Shown piece after piece: positions 24,755 to 37,294 of a stretch of DNA of 64,000 nucleotides. The notes beneath the pieces were generated by a model. The model searched no databases. It was not told where the DNA came from and saw nothing but the letters and a program-made list of their open reading frames with translations. Both the position numbers and the translations under genes were made by a program. Origin of the DNA: Amphiscolops sp. MND2022 (lineage: Eukaryota). The stretch spans positions 45,324,001-45,388,000 of the forward strand of contig OZ076413.1 of NCBI GenBank assembly GCA_964187785.1. Direction: 5' to 3'. Numbering within the stretch: the stretch's first letter is position 1; each line of letters opens with the position of its first letter.

Positions 24755-27700
24755 CTATCCGCGCTTCCCGGTGGGTTCTTGGTGGTTGATATTATAGCAT
24801 TTCAGCTCTTGAGGTCCCAAGCATAAGCCGGGTGGGAATACATCTACCACCACACAGGCCTCGAACTTCACGTCCACGTCGTCCATCGTTGCACAAACTG
24901 GTATTGGCGAGTATGTAGTCAGGGTCTCCGACTCTCCAGGGACGTACCACTGTTTTGGGCGGGGCAACTCCATCCGGTTATAGAGGACAGATAGCTCAAC
25001 CCAGAGTTTCGCCAAGGTTAGCGTTGGTCTACGCACCTGCTCGGCTGCCAGCATCAGATGAATCGAGATCAACGTTCTCCCTTGTGGATCGAACGTAGTG
25101 GGCTCCAAGCACGTTTGGATCTGCTTTGTTCCGCATGTAACTATCAGTGGGGGATGAAACGCTGGGGGCTCCGCTGGATGCAGCATTAACACGCGATCAT
25201 CCTCCAGGGGTACCGTGTGGGCGGCCACACCAGCGGATTCCACCTCGGCCCATCGATTATAGGGCAATTCATCATTAGGCCTTGGAGCTTGAGAATGCTC
25301 ACCACAGGGGACATCCACATGGTCATAGACTCCACAGTGCGCACACTGATGAATGCCTGGATAATTCTCGAACACGCCGTCAGTTACGTCTTCAGCAGTG
25401 ACTTTCACGCCTTCTGGCTCGGGAGCTGCCACTAGTTTGCGTGCCTGATCGCGGGTGGGACAGTCCCGGGCAAAATGCCCAACTTGACCGCAATTGAAGC
25501 ATGCTCCAACGGGTAGGCGTGCCGCAGGCTGCGCTGCTGCCTGATTTGGAGGGGCATTGCTCGCAGGTGGGGGAGGCATTACTCCTTGTGGTAACACCAT
25601 TTTGTTGGGGGGTAGTGGCGCGAAGGGATGAGGTCTAGACCTCATTGCTAGTCTGGGGTCATAGGGTTAAGGGAATTGGTTAGGTTTGGGACGATTGCGC
25701 TGCAATTGGCGGGTGGTGAAGCGAAGGAATTCCACCGTAGGTGGTTCGGTCAGGAAGACTTCCGAGGCATACACTATAGCAAGTTCCCGCCTCAGCGCTG
25801 GGTCTCGCACGCCTTCCCTGAAGCGCTGGAGGATTTCGTAGCGCTTGGTAGTGATTGCCTCTTGCGGGAATCCTTGACTTCTAAGACCCTCTAGAGCGTC
25901 TAAATACTGCATCCAGTCTTCTTTCTCATGTTGAATGCGGCTCTGGAAGGCTTGTCGTACTTGCATACGATTTCCTCCAGCGCCAAAGCGGCTGGATAAC
26001 AATTCAAACACCTTCTCGGGGGTGTCACGTTCGGATTCCGCTTTGATAATGATGTAGTTGCGGGCTTCACCTTCAAGGTGACCGATGATGCTCCAGGCCT
26101 GGTCCTCGGCTGAGACCTTGGTTTGCGTTCTCTTCAGGTATCTCTGCATAATAAGGATCCACCCATCAATGGATCCGTCTTTGGAACCGCGATATACATT
26201 AGGTCTCGCCTGAGCCAAGTCTCTGCCGGCGAGTAAAGGCGCTAACTCTTTTGACATCGCCTTTGATATGGCGGCCGTGAATCTCAGCTGCTCAGGGGAT
26301 ATGGCTTCTCCTTCTTCGACCTTAGCTTTCCCTTCGCGCGTCCTGTCATGACTACCAAGAGTGGCTTGTATTGACAGGTCTGCGATTTCTTCCTTCTTAC
26401 GAGTGCTGCTAGCACAGGGAGTGCCCGAGGGCAGTCCATGATCGGCTGACAAGTCTGCGGTCAAGTATAAGGAGTCTGGTCCTGACATCGAAATAGGGGC
26501 AGTTGCAAACGTTGCTCCCTCGGTTTGAGAACCTAGGGTTGCCTTGGTGTTGGATAAATCGACTTCAACCGAAGAATCAAGATAGATGGTTGACATCGGA
26601 TCCACGCCTTGATCTCGAGTAGTGCTCTGGGCTGCAGAAGGCATCGATGACACTGCTGAGTCGTGATGTCCCCTCATCTGCACTCGTGCAGGCTTGCGCT
26701 CTGCCTCAGGCGTGGCTATCACCAAATTTCCGGCTACTGCTTCATCTTTCCGGGGCGCAGGCACTGCCGGCCTGGAAGTGCTAGGCTTCAACGCGCTTGG
26801 CAGTTCCGATTTCACTACCTGGCTCGGGTACGTCGGCTTCGAGATACGGACTGGACCTCCATTCCGCACGCCTCCACTTGTACTGGGCTGCCGCGGGAGT
26901 GACCTCTCACGCCTCATTACGTCAATGGCGTTGAGTACTGTGTGCATCTGATTGCTTAAGTCGTTGATCTGCGTTTCCACGCGCAATTCGCGAGCCATCA
27001 ACATGTCATTCATCTCTCCCATCTGGTGACCCAATGTGTCCACTCCAGCATTTTGCACGTTCTGCGCGGTACGCAATTGATCGCTGACTTGCAGGCCCTC
27101 ACGTATCGTCGTCTGCATCACTTTAATGTTTTCCACGATGGCAAGATGTTGCTCATTGCACTCAGCACGAGTGCTGGCCAGACCTGCTAGAGCCCGTTGG
27201 GTTTCGGCTTGGGCATCCAATAGCGCTGCCTTGTATACCGAAGACCGTTGCGATGAGGCCAATGAACCTGTCATACTCCTAACACGGGATGCCTCTTGAC
27301 GTGGTTCGCCTACCTGCAGTATGGGTGGTCGCACCTTCTTGTGCTTTCCGTAGGCACAGACCCGGGTAGGTCCTCGAGTGGTCCTGAGCCCTCGCTGTCT
27401 CGCGTACTTCATACCTCCCACATAAGTGAGGTCCTGCTCCATGTCGGTCTGCGAGCCGAGTTGTGTCTCTCCAGCCGCTTAAGTCGGTGCGCGCGAGCAC
27501 CCTTCCTCAGCCACCAATTCATCGGTTGCATTCGAATTGGGCCAGCCCTCTTCCACTTCATTGGCTCTATCGCGGCAGGTTTCGTCGACCCACTGCTCGG
27601 TCCGACGCGAATTTTCGGAAACACTGGAGTTCTCTGAGGGAGGAACCATAGCGGCCAATTCCTCTTTTCGCTGTTGTTCGATAGTGACTTCGTCAGACAT

Positions 27701-27781
27701 GTCGTCTGAAAAACGCGAACCATCTATCGTGACCCACGATTGTGAACCTGTATGGGGCACCGCCATCAGTTCGGTGGCCAA
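24755..27781 (-). pseudogene. gag of element A with two in-frame stops
   Basis: ORFs 27479-27781, 25667-27442 and 24755-25645 share one frame. Capsid-like HLEGEARNY...RIQHEKEDWMQYL and knuckle CFNCGQVGHFARDC. Confidence 0.85.
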
Positions 27782-30450
27782 CGCGCTTATTAATAGCGAT
27801 TGAGTTACCGCTCACGATTACTCGGAAGACTCAAATTGGGTCGCCGAACGTACCAGGGTCTTCAATCCGAGGCTGATCCCTTGGTCGTCCCGGTGAGCAC
27901 TTAAGAAATTTGATGTTATTCAATGTCCTAGACTTTTCGAAACACGTTCTAGAGCTCGTAGGCTGTTCAAATTTGCACAGCGCTTTCTCACAAGCGCACT
28001 GGGCCAGAAAATCAACCTGGTTCGGGGCAGAAAGTCTCCAGTCACTCACAGGAAGTATTTCAAAGAATTTTAGGATTTTTCAAAATTTGCACGACCACAC
28101 TCAAGAGGCTCGTGTGTGCGCTAGAAGCGCTGTATCAAGCCCAGAATTGACCAGCAGATCTAAAGTACACGTAGGTTTGCGAAAATGAAAACAGTTTTGA
28201 GCTGCGCTCCTTCAACACACTTTCACCCAGGTACAGACGTGTGGTACCACGATGTACCGAAATACACTGTTTTTCACGTCTTTTTCAAGATTGCGGTCCA
28301 CTGGAAAGAGCTAGCAAGCTCAAATTCTCTGCAGCAACGTAAAAACTAGCACAGGTTACGATGGTGAGCTGCAATATAGCCCCACCCGTCGGCTAAGGTG
28401 CCCGGGTTACTTGGAAAAATTAAGAAAAAACTGCCTTTTTGCGCACTTTTTTGGGTGCCACGTTTTTCCTATTTTCTCAACAAGTATCACAGATCGGCAC
28501 CAAACTTGGAAGTTTATGCCAGTGGGCACCTACAATGCCACTGATATGGTTGAATTGAAGCGCGAGCGCTTATTTGAGGTTTCGACCCACTATGTACGTT
28601 GTACACGAAAAAACACTGTTTTTGACGACTTTTTTCACAAATTGACCAAGAGGATCACCTCAGAAAGTGATACGGCAGGCAAAATGGGACCAACGTGTTG
28701 TCCCACTATCCGTAGCACTGGGATAAACCCTCAATTGGTTGTGCCCGTTAGGTATAGGGCACTGACAGTCCTGCAGTTTTGGATTTTTTCGGTCCTTTTA
28801 CGCTTCTCTGAGGTCGAAACTTCAGAGAGCTTTTCTCGACTTTGGTGACCGATACGCTCACCAAATTTTCGGCACTAACGTTAATTTTTGTGGTGGTTAC
28901 GAAAATGCAACCACTTTTTGGCTAGGGCTCAGGAATCGATGACCCGACCCTAGCTCAGAGACAGTGCGGTTTTGTGGAAAATTGATCAAATTCAGTGCGT
29001 TTTTCCACTTTTCTCAGCACTGAATGGGAGTTTTTACACGCGGTTTTCACCACCACGCGTTAATTTTATTATAAAAACAGAAAATGAGAGCGCGCGGGCT
29101 CCCAGGTCTCGAAAACACTGAGTGCCCCAGAGGTTTTAATGATGCACTCTGGCACTCCCGAAACTGGCCAAAAATCAAGGTTTTTCGACTTTTCTCAACA
29201 CTGAAAAGGAATTTTTGCACGCGGTTTTCACCACGATGCGTCGTTTTTGCTGCTAAAATCAAAAATGAGAGCGCTCGAGCCCGCTCTCTTCGAATAAGCT
29301 TCGCTCTGGGTGTTTTCGGTTAATGCACTTTCTCTGCTCGAAAATGCCAAAAATCACAAGTTTTTCGCACTGTATCAGCCCCAGGCTGCCTGAGTCCGCT
29401 ACAAAAGTTGCAATTAGTATCCTGAGGATCAACTACACTTGGGGCAGTGCCGTACACTGTCGTTTTGCACTTCCACACATGTACGTTCACATTTTGGGTG
29501 CCTTTTTGGCCAAATTTCCACTTTTTCCACATTTTTCGGCATCAAATTGGCACTTTTATCACAATCAAAGGCTTCAACTTCACCTTTCGTGCCTCGTGCC
29601 GGCTTTCTCGAGCATTGCAGCTGCTTTTTCAAAACTTTCCACTAAACTTTCCTGGCTTCTTTGAGCACTAGTGCTCGAAACCAAGAAAAACACCAAAAAA
29701 ACGCAAAAAAGAGGTTTTTTTTCTCCAAGTGCTATCTTTTTCGCAGAAAAGCACTTCGTAGGGTGTCGTTACATTTATAGTAGAACGTCACTGACCTGCA
29801 CCAACGATTCTCCATCGAAAGAGGTGTATTTTCAAAATTTTCGCCAACCATACTCCATCTGAGCGACGCATCTGGTCACAGGGGGTGCATCTTCACCACG
29901 TTATTTCTCCACATCTAGACCAGACAGAAACACGCGGGTGGGACCATTAGCACCGTCTGTCGTTGCACTTGCTGTCCACCAAAAACCATGCCTCTAGGAC
30001 GTCTCCACGAGAAATGGGAATAGGAAGTAGGCAACACGAGAATTGTCCCCTCCTACGCCTCGCTGGAGTATGGTCAACCATCCATCCGTTACCCTCTTGC
30101 ATGGCATAAAATGGCTGAAAATAGCTCAAAAAACCTGTTAGACACCCGTAGCCACGTGCTACGGTCCTCTACACCTGCAAAAAGGTACCCGCTGATGGGT
30201 ACACAACACATCACACATAAAGAGGGATTTCCTTCTAAAATGCCCAAAAATACCATTTTCGCACATGAAAACACGTTTTCTTCGGCATTTTCTCTGGTTC
30301 AACGCCTCTCCCAGTTCCAGTAAGACGTAATACGACTAAAAAGGGGTAAAACTCTGCTTCTCTCTCCTGTCCAGAGTCGAAAACGGGCTTGGCGCTGATC
30401 ACCAGGGGGCCAGATCTTTTAAAAACCGCTAGGAAAAGCTTCCCAAGACG

Positions 30451-30468
30451 ATCCCTCTGTGGTCGCCA
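30451..30468 (-). other. Primer-binding site, tRNA-Arg-like
   Basis: TGGCGACCACAGAGGGAT is complementary to a tRNA 3' end ...TCCCTCTGTGGTCGCCA, resembling tRNA-Arg(UCG). It lies 15 nt inside the 5' LTR boundary. Confidence 0.75.
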
Positions 30469-30483
30469 AAAAATGAGTTTCTA

Positions 30484-31209
30484 TGTAACGATAAGCGCTG
30501 GCGCTTGAACCGCAACGTAGAGTGGAGGAACTAGAACAGCGAATATAATCTGGGACCTAGATCTCCGCGGCTCTAGCTCATTTTCCCTCCGAAGGAGCCA
30601 GTCCCAAGGTGGGGGAACCGTCTTGTAGGATACTCTCTGGCCTGGTCCTAGTCTGTAACTGCTAAAAGTAACAGGCATCTTGCAAGAATAAAGACCACTG
30701 CTCAACTAGCCTTTAAAAATCGGGCTGAAAATCGATGAAGGTTGAACCGTAATATTGGAGAATCTGATAAAATCGCCAAATTGGATAAACAGATGTTAAA
30801 CAACAGCTCTCGAGCATATTAATTTACCACATCAAAAAATACAACAAGAGATCAAGAGTTCAGAGTCATTTGATGAAAATTGACCTCAGCTTCCCAGCGC
30901 TAGCGCTAGTTGCCACACAGGATACCGCAGGGATACTCAGGCAAACATCTGGAACACTGGTTTCCTTTACTGTAGTAATGGATATCTCCTAGAGATAGAC
31001 ACAATACCGTGTTCTGTATGCGTTGGGGACGTCTCTTTGTCGTCTCCGGTGCTTGCTCTTCGCGAGCGGCGATTTCTGCTTTTTGGGGTGCTTTTTCTGG
31101 CAGGTACTTCGTCTTGAGCATGTTTGAGTGCCACGTCAAATTTGAACGAATTTTTGACAAAATTTCTAAACATGTCGGTTGATATTGCTGTACCAGAGCT
31201 TGCCGTTAC
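30484..31209 (-). repeat. 5' LTR of element A
   Basis: Inner end TGTAAC at 30484. Outer end GTTAC lacks the terminal A and merges into the flank duplication. Confidence 0.95.
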
Positions 31210-31421
31210 CATGAGTGTTGACAAATGTTTTTTTTTTCTCACTTGAAACACACTGCGTCTAAATTTTCGGTTCACGCTCTTGTTTTGGAAAGAGGTTGGA
31301 CTTGTGAAGAATGACAAATTGAAATGCTTTTTAAAAAACCAAGGCTATTGAAAAAATGCTTGTTTGATTGTAACAAGTTTGAATGGCACTAATTTAATGA
31401 AACTCAAATGAGCCACTGAAT
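31207..31421 (+). repeat. Right copy of ~212-bp direct repeat flanking element A
   Basis: Matches 12570-12781. Confidence 0.93.
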
Positions 31422-32498
31422 ATCGTCATGTTTTCTTGATTGCTTATATTTTTGTACCTATAAGTATTAAAGGAGTTCTATAGAAGTACATTTGAAAACT
31501 GAAATTGTCTTCTAAAGCTATCATCAAAATGGCAAAGTTTTCGAGGTGGTATATATTCTACTTTAGCCAAAAACAATTATTTTTTAATTAAATAGAAATA
31601 TGAATGCAACCACGTACTTTTGTCCGCAGAATTTAGAAAAGGAGAAAAATGCAACGGGCCTGGCGTTAGTCCTAGAGGTCTCGCTCTGGAAAGCTCTCGA
31701 GGGCTGTTTGTGTCACCTTGACCGTTAATCGAATTTCACAACACTTTTCAGAAGACAAACAAAAGGTTCTTAAAAAAGTCATGACCGCAGCATGGTATTC
31801 TGTGTTTTGGATCTCCTTTGTAATTCTCGGGAGAAATTTAAACTTTTATCAAAAAACATCATGAATTTTCTACAGCAAATTTGTTAAGATTTTTGCAATG
31901 ATATAAAATCTTTCCTGAAAAACATCATCCCAATTTCAGAGCCAAAAAGGTTAATCAATGGTTAATCAGCACCCCAGAGAGTCTGATTCATTTTGATTAC
32001 GATTGCCGTTGGAGAATTTTTACGCAGCTGGGGAAAGAGCTGTATGAACAAAACTGTCCAACAAATTGATCTTGGTGTCATTTTAATTTTTTTCTAAATA
32101 GCAATTAACTATTATTATGCACCACAAAACTGTTACCATACATAACTACTTGAAACGCACTTGGTCAATATTTGAGCATCGATAATAAACCTCCGAAGGA
32201 ATTCTTTTGTCTCTTACTTTTTTAATTAATAAAATTATCTTCGGTTTTGAAAATGCTCGTCAACTTTGATGCACGGCCTGTCAAAAGTTACTTCACTAAA
32301 TGAGCTCGTTTGACAACACCAAATTTACTATCAATTGTGAAACGAAGCTCTGATACTACGACCAGCATTCAATGTTTTAGCTGGTCATATTTTCGACGCA
32401 CGCTGCTACAAACGAGCACCAATAATGAATTTTTAATATCTTCTCGATGGGAGTTTTTGAACAGGTGCATAAATATTTGTATTAATATTTTCATTCAA

Positions 32499-35400
32499 AT
32501 GCCTTCTACTATAGATACACGTGGGGTTTCCAGCGTTTTCCTCCTAGAATTCAGGAAAAATTATCTGGCTACCTTCAAAAATATCGCAGCTGAGCAGATA
32601 TGTGAAGACATTATCAAACCACGCACAAAGGTAAGTTTCTTAAAAAAAAAACAAAAATTGATTTTGACATAGTTTGCATTAAACTTTGAATGCCCTCCCG
32701 AATCCAATGCAACATGAAATTCCTTGTTCCTTGTGTGGATACATATGGAAAGCATGGATGGGATTGTTTTCTACGTGCAATTGCATGGAAACCTCGTGAA
32801 TTTGGCGGTTAGAAGCACCTGATTGAAAATAAAAAAGCGACATTAATCACTCGAATCAGCTTATCAGAGCATTTGGTTTTCCAAACTGCAAAACTTTCGT
32901 TTTTTGTTAGGAAACCTAGCAACGTGAAGTTGTGGTTATGCTCAATTTTGAAGCTTCAACTATCGCGAATGTACACGTTTGCTCATGAGGTTTTTGTTTC
33001 TAGTGAAATATTGCTTTTTTTGTTTGATTTAAACTATCTTTACCTGCGATCGGGTTAACTTTTGTTTTCTAGTACCATATTGTAATGATTTTGAGTTTTA
33101 TCGCCGAAGAAAGTTTTTATCTCTTTACGAAAAAGTGCCCAACTACTACAGCGGTAATTTTTTTCTGACCAAAGATCTCACACTGAATGCTCCTCTTTTT
33201 GAACAGACTTCTTTGGGTTCGAACCCCGCACAGGGCTAATTCTGTTTCATGTGGGCAAATCTAGACGGAATCAAAGAACGTTTTTTTGAGTTTTTTCAGC
33301 GTTGTGAAAATTTTTACTGGAGAACATTTATAATCTACCCCTTGGTCTTTTTCTGTTTTCACGTACGAAAAGACGTTTTTTAGCCTAAGAGGTTTTTCGA
33401 CACTGTTCACTTCTTTTTTTCACCAATTTGGATTTTTTTGATGTTTTTCGAACATGAAGGCTCGCTGATATTTTGACACTCTCAAGTCTATGAAAAGTTC
33501 CTAGAGCATATTTATGAGACTTTCCGCTTTTTTGAACCTTAGGCCGGGCGTCGATTTGCGACGTTCTCATTTTGTTGTACAGCCTTGTCCATATTAGTTC
33601 GATCACTCTGTCAAATTACTCTAATTTTTGGCCTGTTTTGGGCGTCCTCCCTGGTCTCCGCAAAGGCGACAGCGTACCCACCTTTCGATAATGCGAAATA
33701 ATATTGGAAATGGTTGCTTGTGGTACTAATAGCATTTTCGAAATTTGCCGTTGGCTATATTTTTCCCGCGTTTTTTGAAGGATCAATTTTTTGACACATT
33801 CAGACACTGTTTTGCCTGCCATTATTGCTTTGCTAACCGCACAGAAATTCAAACTGACAACTTGGTGGAAAGCAACAGTGTATGTGTTGTTGAAATACAA
33901 GGAAGTTAATTGGTCGCCGTGAAATCAAAACGTGGAAAAATTGAATTAAACATAGTGTGTGAAAATAGACAAATGATCGAACTAATATGCACAAGGCTGT
34001 ACCTTGCAGAAGTGTTTGTTGGAATCATTGGTCAATAAATGTCCATATCAATTGTCTAGGAAGCCAGTGGCAGTTTTCTGGACTTCCTCGGCTCCCGAAC
34101 CGACTCTAGAGGAGTCGATTATGTCTCCAAAGCCAACTTCCGAGTGTGCTTCGCTTGGAAGAGCAATTTCATTGACGTCATCCAACTGCTGGTTGATCAC
34201 GCCGAGAGACAGCCCGTGTTGAGCTACTATTGGATAGATCTCTTCAGCGAAAACTTTCACGCTTACGAAGAGTCTCAACAAGGGGTAAAAATTTTGCTGC
34301 AAATCAATATTGGCCCAATTTTTAACCGTCAAAGTGTTTTTGAAGTTTGTAATCGAATTCAGTTTTGGAATTTCTCTTCAATTTGCAACCCGATGTAAGT
34401 TTGTTGACAAGTAATTGAAACAACAACTGCTGAAACTATATTTCAGGTCTACTTGAAATCTTTCGGTGACATCAATTTTCAGTCAAATGGAGCCCTATTT
34501 TTTTTCTTTTTTGAAGAAAATTTTGACTCATTTTACGAATCTGACACATTTTTATTAACGTTCAAAGTTAGCCGGGAAAATTATCTTGCTAATGAACAAA
34601 AAAATTCAAGAAAAAGTGTTGAAAATAGTAATAGCGCATCCGTGTTTCAAGATAAATGACGAGAAATGGCTCAGAAGTGACGTCAAAAACCACGTGATTG
34701 AAATTGGCCAGACTCTGGTTCCCATGCCTGATCTGAGGAAGCCTCTACCCTTATGCAGGTTTGGCATCATCAAACATCACTTTGGAAGACATCTACACGT
34801 TTTTTGTCACAACAGTACATCAAACATTATTCCAGATTTTGCTGATTGGAAAGATTTTTTTGGGGTATTACCGATCTTTTTTCTGCCCATTGTTAATATT
34901 GCGAACGAAAAATATTTCTTTAGGCAGACTTTTGTTCCCAACTTTTCAAAATTTACATGAAAATATTCGAGTTTTATGAAAACAGTTTGCCAAAATTTTG
35001 AGTTTTTTGTTAAAGCTTCGAAAATCCTGCAGTTAATTTATTCAAAATTTCTCAAAAAAGGTTTTCACAATTTTTGGCAGGTCCTGGTGCGTCTTCGAAA
35101 TCATGACGTCAGCAAAAGAAAACGTTCCCGTCTCTTTCCTATCGATGGCAAAAGATGACGAGCATTTAGTGTGTGGACTTCTTGAGAGTATTGATCAATT
35201 TGACGAAATTTTCCAAGGATTCGCTTTTAGAAAAGAGCGTCTGGAAAATTCCAAAGTTGATTATGCAGACAAAATTTACGCAGCCATCAAAAGACAAGGT
35301 TTTGAAAATGTGAGCAGCAGAATATTGGTGTTAATCAAATCCTGGATCATTGACATATGTAAGTATTTTTATTATTTCTGCTACATTTGTCTCAACAGGA

Positions 35401-37294
35401 ATTTTTGCATTACAAAACCAAAGCCCCCCCCCCAATCAGTATACACACATTTCGTGGAGTGTGGAAAATTTGGAAAAAATGATAGCTACTCGTTTCACTC
35501 TAGCAGACGAAAAAAGATAGAAAGGATATAATCTTTCATGGTGATAAATCATATAACAGAAGTTTTGACAAAAAACTCTCTCACCTTACTTACCCTGAAT
35601 TGAATTTCAAAAGTGACCATATAAGGGGTCTCCCTGTCGATAGAATTTTTTGGGAATTCAGACGCCGCTTTTGAATGAATAAATAATCTTTTAGATGAAT
35701 TTTTTCTTCAAGAATTTTGATTCAAGAACTTCTCAATTTTAAGACTGTCTCAAGTCAAGTGAACTAATATTCAAACACATTTGAACAACGTAACACCTAT
35801 TTGACTTATCAGTAAAAGACACTTCAACTCTATAATTTGTTAATATTGTTTTCTTCATCAAAAGCAGAATTGCATCTTCTAAACTGACTTGTAAGATTTT
35901 TCAGCTCTTCGTTAAAAAAATAAAACAATATTATCTCAGTCAAAAATAATCGAAATCTTGTTGGGCAAGGTTCAAGCTGAGGCCAATTGTTGCTTTAAGA
36001 AGACAACAATTATCACCACGTTGTCAAATCTTCACCTCATGTAAAATTGTGTCTCAAAGAAATTGTTCACTATTTGTCCAAAACATTTTGAAACGAATTA
36101 ACAGTTTCATACGTTCCACCCCCTCCACCCACACGCCAAAAATTGTGAAAAAATAGCAAATTAGCATAAATTAGAAGCTAGTTCTGTTAAATCATCTGTA
36201 GTCATTGAAATGGAGTAAAATAAAATGTTTCGGGAAATATTAAATTAATTTCAGTATTTTGTTTTTAAACGTGGGGAGGGGGGATGGGAGGGAACAAATT
36301 TTCTTGAGACAAAAACTGATAGTTTTAATTGATAATTCTGGAAAAAAATTCTTGAGTGAAGTAGTTTGTACCCAACTGAACTTTATTAATTACTGGCACA
36401 ATTATAAGATAGGGTACTTTTGATGAGAAGCTTTGTTGTCCTTCAGGCAAAGAAGAATGCAATAAACTGTTGGCAGACTACGACAAAAGAGAAACGGGGT
36501 ACAAACTAGCCAAAAACCTCGCACAGTATCTCACAAATTTGGGCGACCTTGAAATGGGTAGTATTCTCCTCAATAAAGCCCTTTCTATTGGTGCCAAAAT
36601 TTGGCCTGGAGAACCCGAATTCCCGTGTAAGTTTTCCAATATGCTACAACTTGGAGTTATCCAGCGGAAACTGAAGAAATACGACAAAGCGATGGAGTAT
36701 TTCAGCGAAATTTCGGACTGTTTTGACATTTTAGAGGTACCTGTTTTTGATATTCGGAGGTCAGAAGTCCTTTTACAACAGGGTATCGTATTCAAGGAAA
36801 CCGAGGAATACGAAGACGCACTTCGGGTACTGAACGAAGTGATTTCTAAGCTTAATCGCCAAATATCCGAAGGATTGGAAGATTGCGTAACAACCCGAGT
36901 ACAAACATATGTCGAACTTGCTGATGTACATACAGCTTCAGAGCATTACGCAACCGGAAGTGGATTTTACCAACTCGTGTTGATAATTCTAGATCGAACC
37001 GGAGCCCATCAAATTGATCAAATCAGAATCGATTGTCTTTCGAAACTTGGTCGCATTTTTTATGTGCAAAAACATTATCGAGACAGCAAAACTCGCTATG
37101 AAGAAGCCTTGAGATTAGCTACCATAAATGGAAACGATGTGGCGAATCTCCAGAGTGCGTTCAACGAATCAGCATTCAAACTTAGAATTGAAGTAGCGAA
37201 GGAAGATCACAAAATCCAAAGAGAAGAAAAGTTGAGAACCGCTGCTACTAGGAGAAGGAAGGTCGAGCGAGAGAAAGTTTTGCAAAGTCAGTGA
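32499..37294 (+). CDS. Five-exon host gene, TIR/HET-like N-terminal domain plus TPR repeats (~529 aa)
   Basis: Exons 32499-32630, 34060-34284, 34652-34758, 35081-35358 and 36447-37294, all GT-AG and phase-compatible, total 1590 nt. Motifs ICEDIIKP, VCFAWKSNF, YYWIDLFSEN and PLCRSWCVFE (across a junction), followed by TPR-like helices. The start codon is uncertain. Confidence 0.85.
33580..33999 (-). mobile_element. 420-bp non-autonomous Tc1-like element in intron 1 of the host gene
   Basis: TIRs cagccttgtccatattagttcgatca / tgatcgaactaatatgcacaaggctg, with TA on both sides (33578-33579, 34000-34001). Internal HTH fragment YSQRQISKMLLVPQATISNII...RPGRTPKT. Confidence 0.88.

Larger units (their letters stand above)
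12781..31209 (-). mobile_element. Ty3/Gypsy LTR retrotransposon A, ~18.4 kb, with extended pol and an extra 3' ORF
   Basis: Two ~727-bp near-identical LTRs, gag with CCHC knuckle, PR-RT-RNaseH-IN order, tRNA-Arg-like PBS. Confidence 0.95.

Noticed and set aside
34004..34059. Splice acceptor at 34009 for host exon 2
   Set aside because: It gives the wrong frame; the acceptor at 34059 restores the conserved motifs.
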